From contig CAVRGH010000007.1 of assembly GCA_963720675.1 (NCBI GenBank), positions 64,605-128,604 of the forward strand: DNA of 64,000 nucleotides. Direction: 5' to 3'. The notes under the pieces were generated by a model, which saw only the letters and a list, made by a program, of their open reading frames with translations, was not told the DNA's origin and searched no databases. A program made the position numbers and the translations under genes. Positions 20,455-31,451 of this stretch are shown here, piece after piece. The DNA is from an uncultured Acidimicrobiia bacterium. GTDB taxonomy: Bacteria; Actinomycetota; Acidimicrobiia; IMCC26256; PALSA-555. Each line of letters opens with the position of its first letter. Position 1 is the stretch's first letter.

Positions 20455-23400
20455 ATGCGCCTCGACCGTCCCCTCGTCCGCCTGCCGCTGCGCGTCGACG
20501 CCGCCCGGCTCGCGGCCGAGCTCTCGGCGATCGACGAGCGAGCGTGGCGCGACCATCCCGAGGGCGCCCCGGGCAACACCGCGCTGCCGCTCGTCGCGGC
20601 CGGGGGCGACCCGGACGACGACGCGACCAAGGGCCCGATGGCGCCGACGCCGCACCTCGCGAGCCTGCCGTACACGCGTCAGGTGCTCGCGGGGCTGCAC
20701 ACGACGATCGGGCGCACCCGCTTCATGCGGATCGCGACCGAGACCGAGCTCCACCGCCACGTCGACACCAACTACTACTGGTGGCATCACCTGCGCGTGC
20801 ACGCGCCGATCGTCACGACACCCGACGTCGTGTTCGATGTCGACGGCGAGACGACGCACATGGCGACCGACGAGGTCTGGGTGTTCGACACCTGGCGCCC
20901 CCACCGGGTCGACAACCCCGCGTCCGCGCCCCGGGTGCACCTCGTGGTCGACACCGTGGGCAGCGCCGAGCTGTGGGACCTCATCGACCGACCCGACCGC
21001 GAACCGCGCACCATCGAGTTCGCGCCCGACGTCACCCCGCTGCTGCCCATCGAGACCGTGAACCACCCCGTGGTGATGGCGGCGGCCGAGATCGACGACA
21101 CGCTCGAGGCACTCCTCGCCGAGATCGCGACGCTCGACCCCGAGGGCACCGAACGGGTACGGGCCGCGCTCACCCCGTTCCGCCACGGCTGGCACGACCT
21201 CTCGGCCCGGTTCGGTGTCGCGGCGCCCGGCTGGACCCACTTCCGAGAGCTGCTGCGACGCGGCGACGCCGCCATGGCCGAAGCCGCCGGCGACCTCGTG
21301 CTGCCGAACAACATCTCGTTCGTCCAGGCCGGCGCGTCAGCTGGTGTTCCTCGTCGCGCTCAACCCCGACCTCGCCGTGGTCGGGGCACCGGCCACCGAG
21401 CCTGCGCCGAGCGCCGCCGGGCCGGCTGCGACCCCGACCGCGCCGGCTCGTCCGGCACGGCCCGATCCCCTCCGCGCCCGCCTCGCCGGCCCACCCCGCA
21501 TCTCCGATCCGGTGTTCGTCGTCTCCTCGCCGCGTTCGGGATCGACCTTCCTGTTCGAGACGCTGGCGCGCACGCCCGAGCTCTACTCCATCGGCGGCGA
21601 GAGCCACACCATCTTCGAGAACATCGCCGCGCTCGCTCCCGCCGCCCACGAGTGGGCGTCCAACCGCCTCGACGCGACCGACGCGACCGAGGGGGTCGTC
21701 GCCCACCTCAAGGACGCGTTCGCCACGCGCCTGCGCGACCGCGAGGGCCGGCGCCCGCCCGGGGGCCCGACCCGCCTCCTCGAGAAGACCCCCAAGAACG
21801 CGTTGCGCGTCCCGTTCCTCGCCGCGGCCTTCCCCGACGCCCGGTTCGTCTACCTCTACCGGGACCCACGCGAGACGATCAGCAGCATGCTCGACGCCTG
21901 GCGCTCGGGCCGCTTCGTCACGTATCCCGATCTCCCGGGCTGGGGTGGCAGCCCCTGGTCCCTCCTCCTCACGCCCGGGTGGCGCGAGCTCGACGGGCTG
22001 CCGCTGGCCGAGGTCGTCGCCGACCAGTGGGCCACGACGACGAACGTGCTGCTCGACGACCTCGAGTGCGCTCGAGCCCGACCGGTGGTGCGTGGCGAGC
22101 TATGACCGACTCGTCGCCGATCCGCGCGCCGAGATCGGGCAGCTGTGCGCGTTCCTCGAGCTCGCCTGGGACGACGACCTCGCCGATCCCCTCCCGAACT
22201 CCCGGCACACACTCGACTCGCCGCACCCCGACAAGTGGCAGCGCAACGCCGACGAGCTCGCGCCGGTCCTCCCCCAGATCGCCGCCACCGCCGAACGCGC
22301 GCGCCAGGTCTTCGCCGATCCACCACGGGTCGCGGCGGTCAAGATCGCGCCGTCGGCCAACCGCGCTCCCAAGAACACGCCGCCGGTGATCCAGGAACCG
22401 GTGGTCCAGGAGCCGGCGATGCACGTGGAGGACGCGAACGCCGGTCTGTCGACCGCGCCGAGCGTCGAAGAGCTGTTCCACTCGAACCACACCGGTTCGT
22501 TCGCCACACTGCTGCGCACGCTCGGGGCGTCGCTGCTCATCACGACCTACCAGGCCGGCCGCGTCATCCTGGTGCGCCACACGGAGGACAGCCTCAACAC
22601 GCACTTCCGCTCCCTCGCCACCCCCATGGGCGTCGCCTATGACGGACGCCGCCTCGCGATCGGCACCAAGTCCGAGATCGCGGTGTTCCAGAACCAGCCG
22701 GAGCTCGGCCGGCGACTCGATCCACCCGGTCGGCACGACGGATGCTTCGTGATCCGGAACCGCCACGCGACCGGCGACATCAGGGTCCACGACCTCGCGT
22801 GGGCCGAGGACGGCCTCTGGATCGTGAACACGCGCTTCTCGTGCCTCGCGACACTCGACGGCGAGCACTCCTTCGTCCCACGCTGGCGACCGCCGTTCGT
22901 CCGCGCGCTCGCACCCGAGGACCGCTGCCACCTGAACGGGCTGGCGGTCGTCGACGGCGTGCCGCGGTTCGCGTCGGTGCTCGGCATCAGCGACGAACCG
23001 AACGGGTGGCGCGAGAACAAGGCGACCGGCGGCGCGATCTTCGACGTCCCGTCGAGCGAGGTGGTGGCCGTCGGACTCTCGATGCCGCACTCACCCCGAT
23101 GGCACGACGACAAGCTCTGGGTGCTGGAGTCCGGGCTGGGCGTGCTCAGCACCGTCGACATCGACACCGGCGAGATCCACCAGGTGGCGCAGGTGCCCGG
23201 CTTCGCCCGCGGGCTCGCCTTCGCGGGCCAGTACGCGCTGATCGGCCTCTCGAAGGTGCGGGAGCACGTGTTCGACGGGCTGCCGCTCACCCGGAACCGC
23301 ACCGAGGATCTCCGTTGCGGCGTGTGGGTCGTCGACACGACCAACGGGGAGACCGTCGGCTACCTCTCCTTCGAAGGGCTCGTCCAGGAGATCTTCGAGG

Positions 23401-23519
23401 TCACACTCCTCCCGAACATGCGCTACCCCGAGCTGGTCGAGCCCGGGGCGGCCCTCGCCGACTCCGCCTACGTGCTCCCGCCCGCCGCGCTGGCCGAGGT
23501 GCCCGCCGCCGGACGCTGA
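20455..23519 (+). pseudogene. three-domain protein (Asp/Asn beta-hydroxylase-like cupin, sulfotransferase, TIGR03032/DUF4915-like); two apparent +1 frame changes (near 21338 and 22067)
   Basis: Frame 1 carries ELHRHVDTNYYWWHHLRVHAPI (AspH/LpxO-type His motif). Frame 2 carries PVFVVSSPRSGSTFLFE plus RLLEKTPKN (sulfotransferase PAPS motifs). Frame 0 carries WCVASYDRLVADP... followed by FHSNHTGSFATLL...HSPRWHDDKLWVLESG, which resembles the TIGR03032 family. No stop codons lie at either junction. Confidence 0.65.
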
Positions 23520-23557
23520 GCGCCCGCCCGGACCGCCCCCCGACCCGGCGGGCCCGC

Positions 23558-23563
23558 TAGGGT
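23558..23563 (+). promoter_or_regulatory. putative -10 box TAGGGT, 54 nt before the beta-helix-1 ATG
   Basis: This is a TAnnnT hexamer in the context gcTAGGGTtcccGGATCG. Very similar boxes lie at the same distance before three other FTG-tail genes. Confidence 0.3.
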
Positions 23564-23616
23564 TCCCGGATCGACCCGGAGCGGAGCCGGGCCACAACAC
23601 CGGGAGCGCCACCCCG

Positions 23617-25160
23617 ATGAGCTCATTCGACGACGTCGCCACGCCTGCAGGACCCCTGCCGAACCGCGCCGCCCGCCGGGCCGCAGGGCGCCGGGGCCGC
23701 AAGCTGGGCGCACTGGGCTCGGGCGCCGTGCTGGCCACCGGCGCGACCGCCGCGGTGCTCGGCCTCACCGCCGGGCCCGCCGTGGGCGCCGCAACGCTCG
23801 TCGTCGACACCACCGACGACGGTCCGGCGACGCCGGCGGACTGCACGACCCCGGTCGCCGGCTCGTGCTCGCTGCGCGACGCGATCGCCGCCGCCGCGGA
23901 CGGCGACACCGTCGACGCGACGGGTATCAGCGGCATCGATCTCGCTGACCGACGACCAGCTCTACACCTGCAGCAACATCACGATCACCGGTCCGGGCGC
24001 GGCGAACCTCACCGTCGACGCCCATCGATGACTCGCGCGTCCTCTACTCCGACTTCGGCGGCAACGGCACGACCACGATCACCGGCATCACCTTCACGAA
24101 CGGCTACGCGACGGGCGACGGCGGCGCGATGCTCTTCTACTGCGACGGCGGCAGCGGCTCGCTCATCCTGAACGACGTCGCCATGACGAACAGCTACGCC
24201 GAGCTCTACGGCGGCGGCCTCGCGGTGATGGCCTGCGAGGACACGTCGATCTCGGGTTCCACCTTCTCCGGCAACCACTCCGGCTCCGGCGAGGGTGGCG
24301 GCATCGTCTTCTACGACTCCAACGACCTGACGGTCACCACCACGTCGGTCGTCGACAACCACGCCGAGCAGGACGACGGCGGTGGGATCGCCTTCTACGG
24401 CTCCAACAACATGACCGTCCGCAACAGCACGATCGCGAACAACACCGCGGGCGAGTTCGGCGGCGGCCTCTACGTCAACGCCTACGGCGACGTCACTATC
24501 GATCAGTCCACGATCTCAGGGAACCAGGCAACCGACAGCGGCGGCGGGATCGGCGTGAACTACGCCGACGGTGACGTGAACATCGTCCAGACCACGATCT
24601 CGGGCAACACCGCGGGCGACCTCGGCGACGGCCTCTACTTCTACCAAAACCTGGAGAACCAGGGCGCGCAGTCCGCCGAGAAGGCCGACCAGAAGCGAAC
24701 CCGCGTCGGCCACAACAAGGAGGGTGCGCCCCAGGAGGCACCCAAGGCCCACGGTCACGCCGGCGCGCAGGACGTCGGTGGCTCGGCCACGCTGACCGGC
24801 ACCATCGTCTCCGGCAACCCCGGGACGGACATCGACACGAACGGCACCCAGGCCGTCACGTCGGTCGCCTCCCTCATCGGCACGACCGGCGCGGGCATCA
24901 ACCTCACCGACGGCGGCGGCACGGTCACCTCGACCACACCGGGCCTCGGCGCCCTGGCGAACAACGGCGGCCCGACCCAGACCCTCGCGCTGCTCCCGGG
25001 CAGCCCGGCGCTCGACGCCGGCCCCGACCCCGTGCCCAGCTACCCCGACAACGGGTTCGACCAGCGCGGTCCCGGCTACCTCCGGGTCGTCAACGGTCGG
25101 GTCGACATCGGGGCGTACGAGGCGCAGGCCGTCGCGATCGTCCCCCGCTTCACCGGCTGA
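23617..25160 (+). pseudogene. secreted parallel beta-helix repeat protein 1 (CSLRDAI / choice-of-anchor-Q-like) ending VPRFTG; two apparent +1 frame changes (near 23950 and 24029)
   Basis: The signal-like N terminus contains RR (NRAARRAAGRRGRKLGALGSGAVLATGATAAVLGL). It carries a CSLRDAI motif, many N-[ST]-x-x-x-N-x-A-x-x-GGG[IL] repeats and the block ALANNGGPTQTLALLPGSPALDAG. Shifts were placed by alignment to the downstream paralogue (ITITGPGAANLTVDAH). Confidence 0.75.
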
Positions 25161-25232
25161 CCCGGGAGCGTTTCGGGCACCCGCACCGGGCGCCCGAGCT
25201 CCCATTCCGACGACAAAACCCGGTCCGGCGGC

Positions 25233-25238
25233 TAGGTT
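25233..25238 (+). promoter_or_regulatory. putative -10 box TAGGTT, 55 nt before the beta-helix-2 ATG
   Basis: The context is gcTAGGTTctgcGGATCG. ACCCG lies 10 nt upstream, as it does in front of beta-helix 1. Confidence 0.3.
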
Positions 25239-25292
25239 CTGCGGATCGTCCCTGGTGCAGAACCGGGGCAGTCCAGCGGGAGCATTACTGCG

Positions 25293-26834
25293 ATGACCGC
25301 GAGCGACTCCTCGGCCCGCCCGAAGGCCCGACCCCCAACCGTGCCGCCCGGCGCGCGGCCGGACACCGCGGCCGCAAGCTCGGAGCGCTGGGCTCGGGCG
25401 CGGTGCTCGCCAGCAGCGCCACCGCCGCGGTGCTCGCGCTCGGCGCGGGTCCGGCCGTCGGCGCGACCACGCTCGTCGTCGACTCGAACGGCGACGGCGG
25501 TGCCACGCCGGCGAACTGCACGACGCCGGTCGCCGGTGCCTGCACGATCCGCGACGCGCTCGCCGCGGCTGCCGACGGCGACACGATCACCTTCGCGCCC
25601 AGCGTCACCGGCGACATCCAGCTCAACGGCGGCGAGCTCGAGATCGACAGTGCGGTCACCATCACCGGACCGGGCGCCGGCGCGCTGGCGATCCACGCCG
25701 ACACCGGGTCACGAGTCTTCAACGAGAACAACGACTTCTCCTCCGGTGACCTGACGATCAGCGGCCTCACCATCACCGACGGTGACAACGGCAACGGTGG
25801 CGGCGGGATGGAGATCGACTGCTACGGAGACCCCGTCAACGTCGTCCTCGACAGCGTCGTGATCACGGGCAACTCGACCAGCAGCAACGGCGGCGGTTTC
25901 TACATGTACGCCTGCGGCGATCTCACCATCCGCAACTCGACCGTCTCGTACAACTACGCGGAGCGTGGCGGCGGCGGCGTGCGCGTGGAGAACTCGCAGA
26001 ACCTCACGATCGAGAATTCGACGTTCGCTCACAACACCAGCGCCTCGGACGGCGGTGCGCTGTACCTCACCGGCGCCGAAGGTGTCGTGACGATCACGAA
26101 CTCGACCTTCAACAACAACGAGGCGGACGACGGTGCGGGGCTCGAGATCTACGAGAACCAGGACGCCCAGAGCATCACGATCGCGAACTCCACGGTCACC
26201 GGGAACGTCGGGGGCGGTGACGGTGGGGGGCTCTACCTCTACGGGAGCGACGCAGCGATCCTCAGCTCGACGATCGTGGGCAACTCGTCCGACGACAACA
26301 CCGGCGGGGTCCTCGTCACCAGCGCGGACGTGACCGTCACCGCTTCGCTCCTCGGTGGCAACACCGACGTCGGCGGGAGCGGCGCCGCCGCGACCGACAT
26401 CGGCACCGGCATCCGCGAAATGTCGCTCGGAGCGAGCAAGCACACCGGACGGGGCGGTGGCGGGGGCAAGGACAGCGGCCCGGTCGCCAAGGCCGGCGGC
26501 GTCGGCGCCCAAGCCGCCGGCTCCGTCACGATCACGTCCAATGTCATCAACGGCATCGTCGACCCGAACCTCACCACCACCGACGGCGGCGGGAACCACC
26601 TCGGCGTCGCTCCGGGCGTCGGCGCACTCGCGAACAACGGCGGCGCCGACGCAGACCCTGGCGCTCCTGCCCGGCTCGGGCGCGATCGACGCCGCCGGTG
26701 CAGCCGTGCCGAGCTTCCCGGGGAACGACTTCGACCAACGCGGGGCCGGGTACGCCCGCCTCGTCAACGGCGCACTCGACGCCGGTGCGTTCGAGGTCCA
26801 GGCGGTCGCACTGGTTCCCCGCTTCACCGGCTGA
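25293..26834 (+). pseudogene. secreted parallel beta-helix repeat protein 2 ending VPRFTG; apparent -1 change near 25323 and +1 change near 26645
   Basis: ATG 25293 gives MTASDSSARP. The next frame gives GPTPNRAARRAAGHRGRKLGALGSGAVLASSATAAVLAL, collinear with paralogue 1. A long GGG repeat body follows. The tail PTQTLALLPGSGAIDAAG...VQAVALVPRFTG lies in track ORF 26355..26834. Confidence 0.75.
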
Positions 26835-26848
26835 CGCGCGCACACGCC

Positions 26849-27096
26849 ATGGCGTCCGACCCGCGACCCGGACGGCAAGATCGTCCAGCTCGCGGTGTTC
26901 GAGGGCTTCATCGAGGCCGAAGCCGCAGTCGCACAGCTCGACGGCGGCAGGCATCAAGGCCATGCGCGGCGCCGACGACGGGAACTCGCTCCCGAACCTC
27001 GCGTCGTCCGGTGGGTTCCCGGTGCTGGTGTTCGAGGACGACCTCGATGCCGCACGCGCGGTGCTCGCGACGGAAAGCTCAGAGCCCGCTGACTGA
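26849..27096 (+). pseudogene. DUF2007-like small protein; two apparent +1 frame changes (near 26866 and 26943)
   Basis: The segments MASDPR / PDGKIVQLAVFEGFIEAEAAVAQLD / AAGIKAMRGADDGNSLPNLASSGGFPVLVFEDDLDAARAVL read as one DUF2007-type fold only across three frames. The 3' end overlaps convergent ccdA by 18 nt. Confidence 0.5.
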
Positions 27097-27784
27097 GGGC
27101 GTGAACCGGGCGAGGTACGAGGTCAGGTGCCCGTACGTCCCGGTCGCGAGCAGCAGACCGAGGATCACGAGCAGCACGCCCGCAACCCGTTCGATGACGG
27201 GCCCCGCCCGGCGCAGCCAGGACGCGAAGCCCGGGGAACGACGCGAGCCCGAGCGCGGCGAGCAGGAACGGCACCCCGATCCCGAAGGCGTAGGCGAGCA
27301 GCAGCAGCGCCCCCCGCCACGCCTGGCCCTGCTGCGCGGCGACGGTGAGCGCCGCGGCGAGGAGCGGCCCGACGCACGGGCTCCACGCCGCGCCGAACGC
27401 GACGCCGACGACGAACGGGCGCGCCCGCCCCCCGCCCGACGGCAGGCGCTGGACGAGGCGCCGCTCACGTGAGAACGGACCGCGCAGCACACCGAGCAGC
27501 GCGAGCCCCATCACGAAGATGATCACTCCGCCGACCCGCTCGATCACGTCCTGGACGTCGCGCAAGGACGAGCCGACGAACCCCGCGGCCGCGCCGAGCC
27601 CGGCGAACACGGCCGCGAAGCCGAGGATGAAGACGATCGTCGCGGGCACCGCGCGCGCCGGATCGCGCGCGTCCGCCGCCTCGCCGGCGATGATCCCCAG
27701 GTACGCGGGCAAGAGGGGCACGATGCACGGCGCCAGGAACGACGCCACGCCGGCACCGAACAGCGCCAGCAGCTCCGGGAGCAC
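27079..27784 (-). pseudogene. ccdA: cytochrome c biogenesis / thiol-disulfide transporter CcdA family; apparent +1 frame change near 27229
   Basis: It starts at GTG 27784. Both conserved Cys motifs are present (FLAPCIVPLLPAYL, AAWSPCVGPLL). The last two TM helices (FASWLRRAGPVIERVAGVLLVILGLLLATG...) are in the adjacent frame (track ORF 27079..27492). Confidence 0.75.
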
Positions 27785-27793
27785 GGGGAGGCC

Positions 27794-28861
27794 TCAGCCG
27801 CCGAAGGTGAACGCGAACGCCCGGAGATCGGGCGCGCGCGCGGTGAGCGTCACCACGTGCGTCTCGATCCCCGGCGCGAGCACCAGGCGGTACAGGTCGG
27901 ACGCGGTCACGCGCACGAAGGTGCTGCCGTCGGCGTCGACCATCGTGTCGGCCGTCCGGTACTCCGGCGGGAGTGGCGCACCGTCGAGCGCCACCGTCAC
28001 GTCGACGGCCGGAGCGCCCCGCTCGCCCGGTGCCAGCACGAGGTTGACCTCTCGGGCGAAGTACTGGAGATCGATCGCCGCATCCGCGGCGTCGGCTCGC
28101 ACGAATTGGGGCGCCGGAGTCCAGGCGCCGCGCAGCCGCGCCTCACCGCTGCCGCGCTCCTGGCCGAGATAGGTCTCGGGCGAGATCCGCTGGGTCGGCT
28201 CGGGCTCGGTCGCACCGGCGTCCCCAACGTGCGGGGCCGACTTCGGGACCTGGAGCAACGTGCGCACGACGGCCTCGATCTCCTCGTCCCCGCCTTCACC
28301 GATGTGCCCGTAGCGGAGCCGCCCCTTGCGATCCGCCATGAACGACTGCGGCCAGTACTGGGCGCCGAACGCGTTCCAGATGTCCATGTCGTCGTCGAGC
28401 GCGACCGGGTAGTCCACCTTCAGGCGCGCCACGGCGTCGCTGACGTTGCCGTGGTCCCGCTCGAAGTCGAACTCGGGCGAGTGCACGCCCACGACGACGA
28501 GCCCGTCGGGCGCGTACCGGTCGTACAGCGCGCGGAGGTGCGGGAGAGTTCGGACGCAGTTCACACACGAGTACGTCCAGAAGTCGTAGAGGACGACCTT
28601 GCCGCGCAGATCGCTCGGCCGGAGCGGCCCGGAGTTGAGCCAACCCTTGGCGTCGCCGAGATCGGGCGCCGCCGGGCCAACGGGCAGGTGGGCGACGTCG
28701 GCCTTGCCGGCCACCGTCTGCGGATCCGAGCCGCTCGCGAAGACGACGGCCGCGGTGGCGAACACGACCAGCGCGAGGGCGACGACCCCGTACTTCCAGC
28801 GCCCGGACCCCTGGTTCCCGGATGATCCGTTCCCGGCGGCGCGCTCCTCGGCGATCGTCAT
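27794..28861 (-). CDS. membrane-anchored thioredoxin-like protein (DipZ C-terminal-type)
   Basis: ATG 28861 lies inside track ORF 27794..29191. A TM anchor (WKYGVVALALVVFATAAVVFA) is followed by a redoxin fold with CxxC (FWTYSCVNCVRTLPHL) and an extra C-terminal beta-rich domain. It lies 9 nt upstream of ccdA. Confidence 0.8.
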   Translation of the reverse strand: MTIAEERAAGNGSSGNQGSGRWKYGVVALALVVFATAAVVFASGSDPQTVAGKADVAHLPVGPAAPDLGDAKGWLNSGPLRPSDLRGKVVLYDFWTYSCVNCVRTLPHLRALYDRYAPDGLVVVGVHSPEFDFERDHGNVSDAVARLKVDYPVALDDDMDIWNAFGAQYWPQSFMADRKGRLRYGHIGEGGDEEIEAVVRTLLQVPKSAPHVGDAGATEPEPTQRISPETYLGQERGSGEARLRGAWTPAPQFVRADAADAAIDLQYFAREVNLVLAPGERGAPAVDVTVALDGAPLPPEYRTADTMVDADGSTFVRVTASDLYRLVLAPGIETHVVTLTARAPDLRAFAFTFGG

Positions 28862-28985
28862 GCGGGGATGTTCGGTACGACGGGCCGGTCCGGATGGGGC
28901 CAACACCCGATCGCAGGCCGGACCCGACGTCCAGACCCGGCGTCCTGACCCGGAATCCGCCACTGCGGCCGGTACCGTCGATGCG

Positions 28986-30399
28986 ATGCCCCGACCGCGC
29001 TCTGGCTTCGCCATGTTCCGAGGCCGATTCCTGCTCGCGCTCGGGCTGACCTTCAGCATCGTCGTCGTCACGGTCGTCGGGACGAACCTGCTCGTCGAGG
29101 CGAAGCTCGCGTCGGTCGACCGCGTCGATCTGCAGCTCGCACCGACGCCCGACGGCGGCGGCGGCAACTTCCTGCTCGTCGGCTCCGACACCCGGTCGTT
29201 CGTCTCGACCGACTACGACCAGAAGGCGTTCGGCGGCACCGGCGCCGCCGATGGGCAGCGCTCCGACACGATCATGGTCCTCCACGTCGACCCGGACTCG
29301 CAGCGAAGCCTCCTCGTCTCGTTCCCGCGCGACCTGTGGGTCGACGTCCCCGGTCGCGGGAAGTCGAAGATCAACGCCGCGTTCAACGACGGTCCACAGG
29401 CGATCATCGACACGCTGTCGAACGACTTCGGCGTTCCCATCCAGCACTACGTCGAGGTCAACTTCGAGTCGTTCCGCGGCATCGTCGACGCGATCGGCAC
29501 CGTGCCCGTCTACTTCCCGGCTGCCGCGCGCGACACCTTGTCGCTCCTCGACATCCCGTTCCCCGGCTGCAACCAGCTCGACGGCGCCCAAGCGCTCTCG
29601 TTCGTCCGGTCCCGCCACCTCCAGCTGCTCGACCCGGCGACCGGCCGATGGAAGGACGCCGACGCGATCCCCGACATCGGGCGCATCGCCCGCCAGCAGG
29701 CCTTCCTGCGCGAGCTCGGGCGGCAGGCGATGAACGCCGCCGTCTCGAACCCGATCAAGGGCAACCAGGTCATCGACCGAGCGCTGGGTCGGCTCACGCT
29801 CGATCAGGACTTCGGTCGCACCGACGTGTTCGCGCTCGTCGACGCGTTCGCCGCCGACGACGACGCGAGTGGGCCCGAGAGCCTCACCGTGCCGAACACC
29901 CCCGGTACCGAGGGAGGCCAGTCGGTGCTCCTCGTGCAGCAACCGGAGGCCGACGCGCTCATCGCCGAGACTCAAGGACTTCACCACCGTCGTCCCCGAC
30001 GCACCTGCCGCCGCGAGCGACGCGTCGGTCGGTGACACGAAGGTGAAGATCCTCAACGCATCCGGCGCCGACGGCGCGGCGGCGAAGGCACTCACTGCGC
30101 TCACGGACGCCGGCTTCCAGGGCGGCAGCACCGGGAACGCCAACTCCTCGCTGCAGACGACCGAGGTGCGCTACCAGCCGGGTTCGGACGCCGAGGCAGC
30201 ACTGGTCGCGAGCTACCTCAGCGGGCCGGTCAAGCTGGTCGAGGACTCGTCGGTGTCGGGTGCCGACGTCACGGTCGTCCTCGGGCGCGGCTTCGGCGGA
30301 GTCACGACACCATCGACCTCGGCGGCACCGGCCGAGGCCGGCGGCGGACCGACCCTCGCCCAGCCCGGCTCGCTCGCGCCCGTGCCCGGCGACTGCTGA
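28986..30399 (+). pseudogene. LytR-CpsA-Psr (LCP) family protein with LytR_C domain; apparent +1 frame change near 29970
   Basis: ATG 28986 is followed by a TM anchor (FRGRFLLALGLTFSIVVVTVVG). LCP blocks are present (NFLLVGSD, RSDTIMVLHVDP, SFPRDLWV, KINAAF). The C-terminal LytR_C part (VKILNASGADGAAAKA...VTVVLG) is in track ORF 29869..30399. Confidence 0.8.
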
Positions 30400-30464
30400 G
30401 GTGCGGGACCGGTAGCGTCACGCCACGGCGCCCCCGAGCCGGCACCCGACCACGAGGACGACGC

Positions 30465-30882
30465 ATGGCCGACATGAACGACTTCAACGCCCAGATCATC
30501 GACGAGTTCCGCCAGAACGGCGGGAAGCTCGGCGGCGGCTTCGCGGGTGCACCGATGCTCCTGCTCACGACGACCGGCGCGAAGAGCGGCAAGGAGCGGA
30601 CGGCCCCGCTCGCGTACCTGCGCGACGGTGACCGCGCCGTGATCTTCGGTTCCAAGGCCGGGGCCGACACCCACCCCGACTGGTTCCACAACCTGCGGGC
30701 GAACCCCCGCGTGCGGGTCGAACTCGGCACCGAGACCTTCGACGCCGATGCGGTCATCGCGGAACGGCGCGGAGCGCGATCGTCTCTTCGAGCTGCAGAA
30801 GCAGGCCATGCCACCGTTCGCGGAGTACGAGGCGAAGACCGACCGGGTCATCCCGGTGATCGTGCTCGAGCGCGTCGGCTGA
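30465..30882 (+). pseudogene. deazaflavin (F420)-dependent nitroreductase-family protein (Ddn-like); apparent +1 frame change near 30765
   Basis: The body carries NAQIIDEFRQNGGKLGG...TTTGAKSGKERTAPLAY...HPDWFHNLRANP. The conserved end GAERDRLFELQKQAMPPFAEYEAKTDRVIPVIVLERVG-TGA (stop 30880-30882) is in the next frame. Confidence 0.75.
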
Positions 30883-30984
30883 GCCCCGGCGAGCGGCGAT
30901 CTCGCCGGTCCGCCGATCTCGGAACAACCAGTCGGCCACGGTGTTGGACCCTGCGACCCTTTCACCAAGCAGAGAGTCGTCGCC

Positions 30985-31428
30985 ATGCCCAGATACGTCA
31001 CCCGCGTCCGAACCCCATGGGATCCGTCGCGCGCCTTCACCTACATGTCGGACCTCGAGAACTTCGACGAGTGGGACCCGGGCACGAAGCAGGCGACGAG
31101 GGTGCTCGGCAACGCTCCGGGGTTGGGCACCGCGTACGACCTCGTGGTCGAGACCGCGGGGCGCAAGATCACGATGCGTTACGAGACGATCGAGTTCGAC
31201 GCGCCCCGCCGGGTCGTGGCGCAGGCCGAGACGAAGTCCCTCCGCTCGCTCGACATCATCACGGTCGAGGACGGAGAGGACGGCGGCAGCATCGTGACGT
31301 ATGACGCCAACCTCTCGCTGCGGGGGTTGGCAAAGCTCGCCACTCCGCTGCTCGCCCTCGCCTTCGGTCGCATCGGCGATCAGGCCGCCGCGGGGCTGCG
31401 CGAGGCCCTCGAGGGCACGGAAGCCTGA
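30985..31428 (+). CDS. SRPBCC family protein
   Basis: This is an intact 147-aa ORF. The sequence RVRTPWDPSRAFTYMSDLENFDEWDP is typical of the polyketide-cyclase/SRPBCC fold. Confidence 0.7.
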   Translation: MPRYVTRVRTPWDPSRAFTYMSDLENFDEWDPGTKQATRVLGNAPGLGTAYDLVVETAGRKITMRYETIEFDAPRRVVAQAETKSLRSLDIITVEDGEDGGSIVTYDANLSLRGLAKLATPLLALAFGRIGDQAAAGLREALEGTEA

Positions 31429-31451
31429 GCCTCCTCCCCTGCGACCGCTCG

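Noticed and set aside
20544-22060. The N-terminal ~500 codons of the 991-aa track ORF 20544..23519.
   Set aside because: This part is Arg/Pro/Ala-rich with no recognisable motifs. It overlaps, out of frame, the clearly coding hydroxylase and sulfotransferase segments. Only the portion from about 22068 onward is real coding sequence in this frame.
25143-25160. The PRFTG/PTFTG tail considered as a sortase LPXTG-type signal truncated by annotation.
   Set aside because: The spacing differs (P-x-x-T-G versus P-x-T-G). All five genes end at a TGA immediately after Gly. I translated all three frames downstream of beta-helix 1 and the in-frame continuation after P1 and P2, and found no hydrophobic helix or basic tail.
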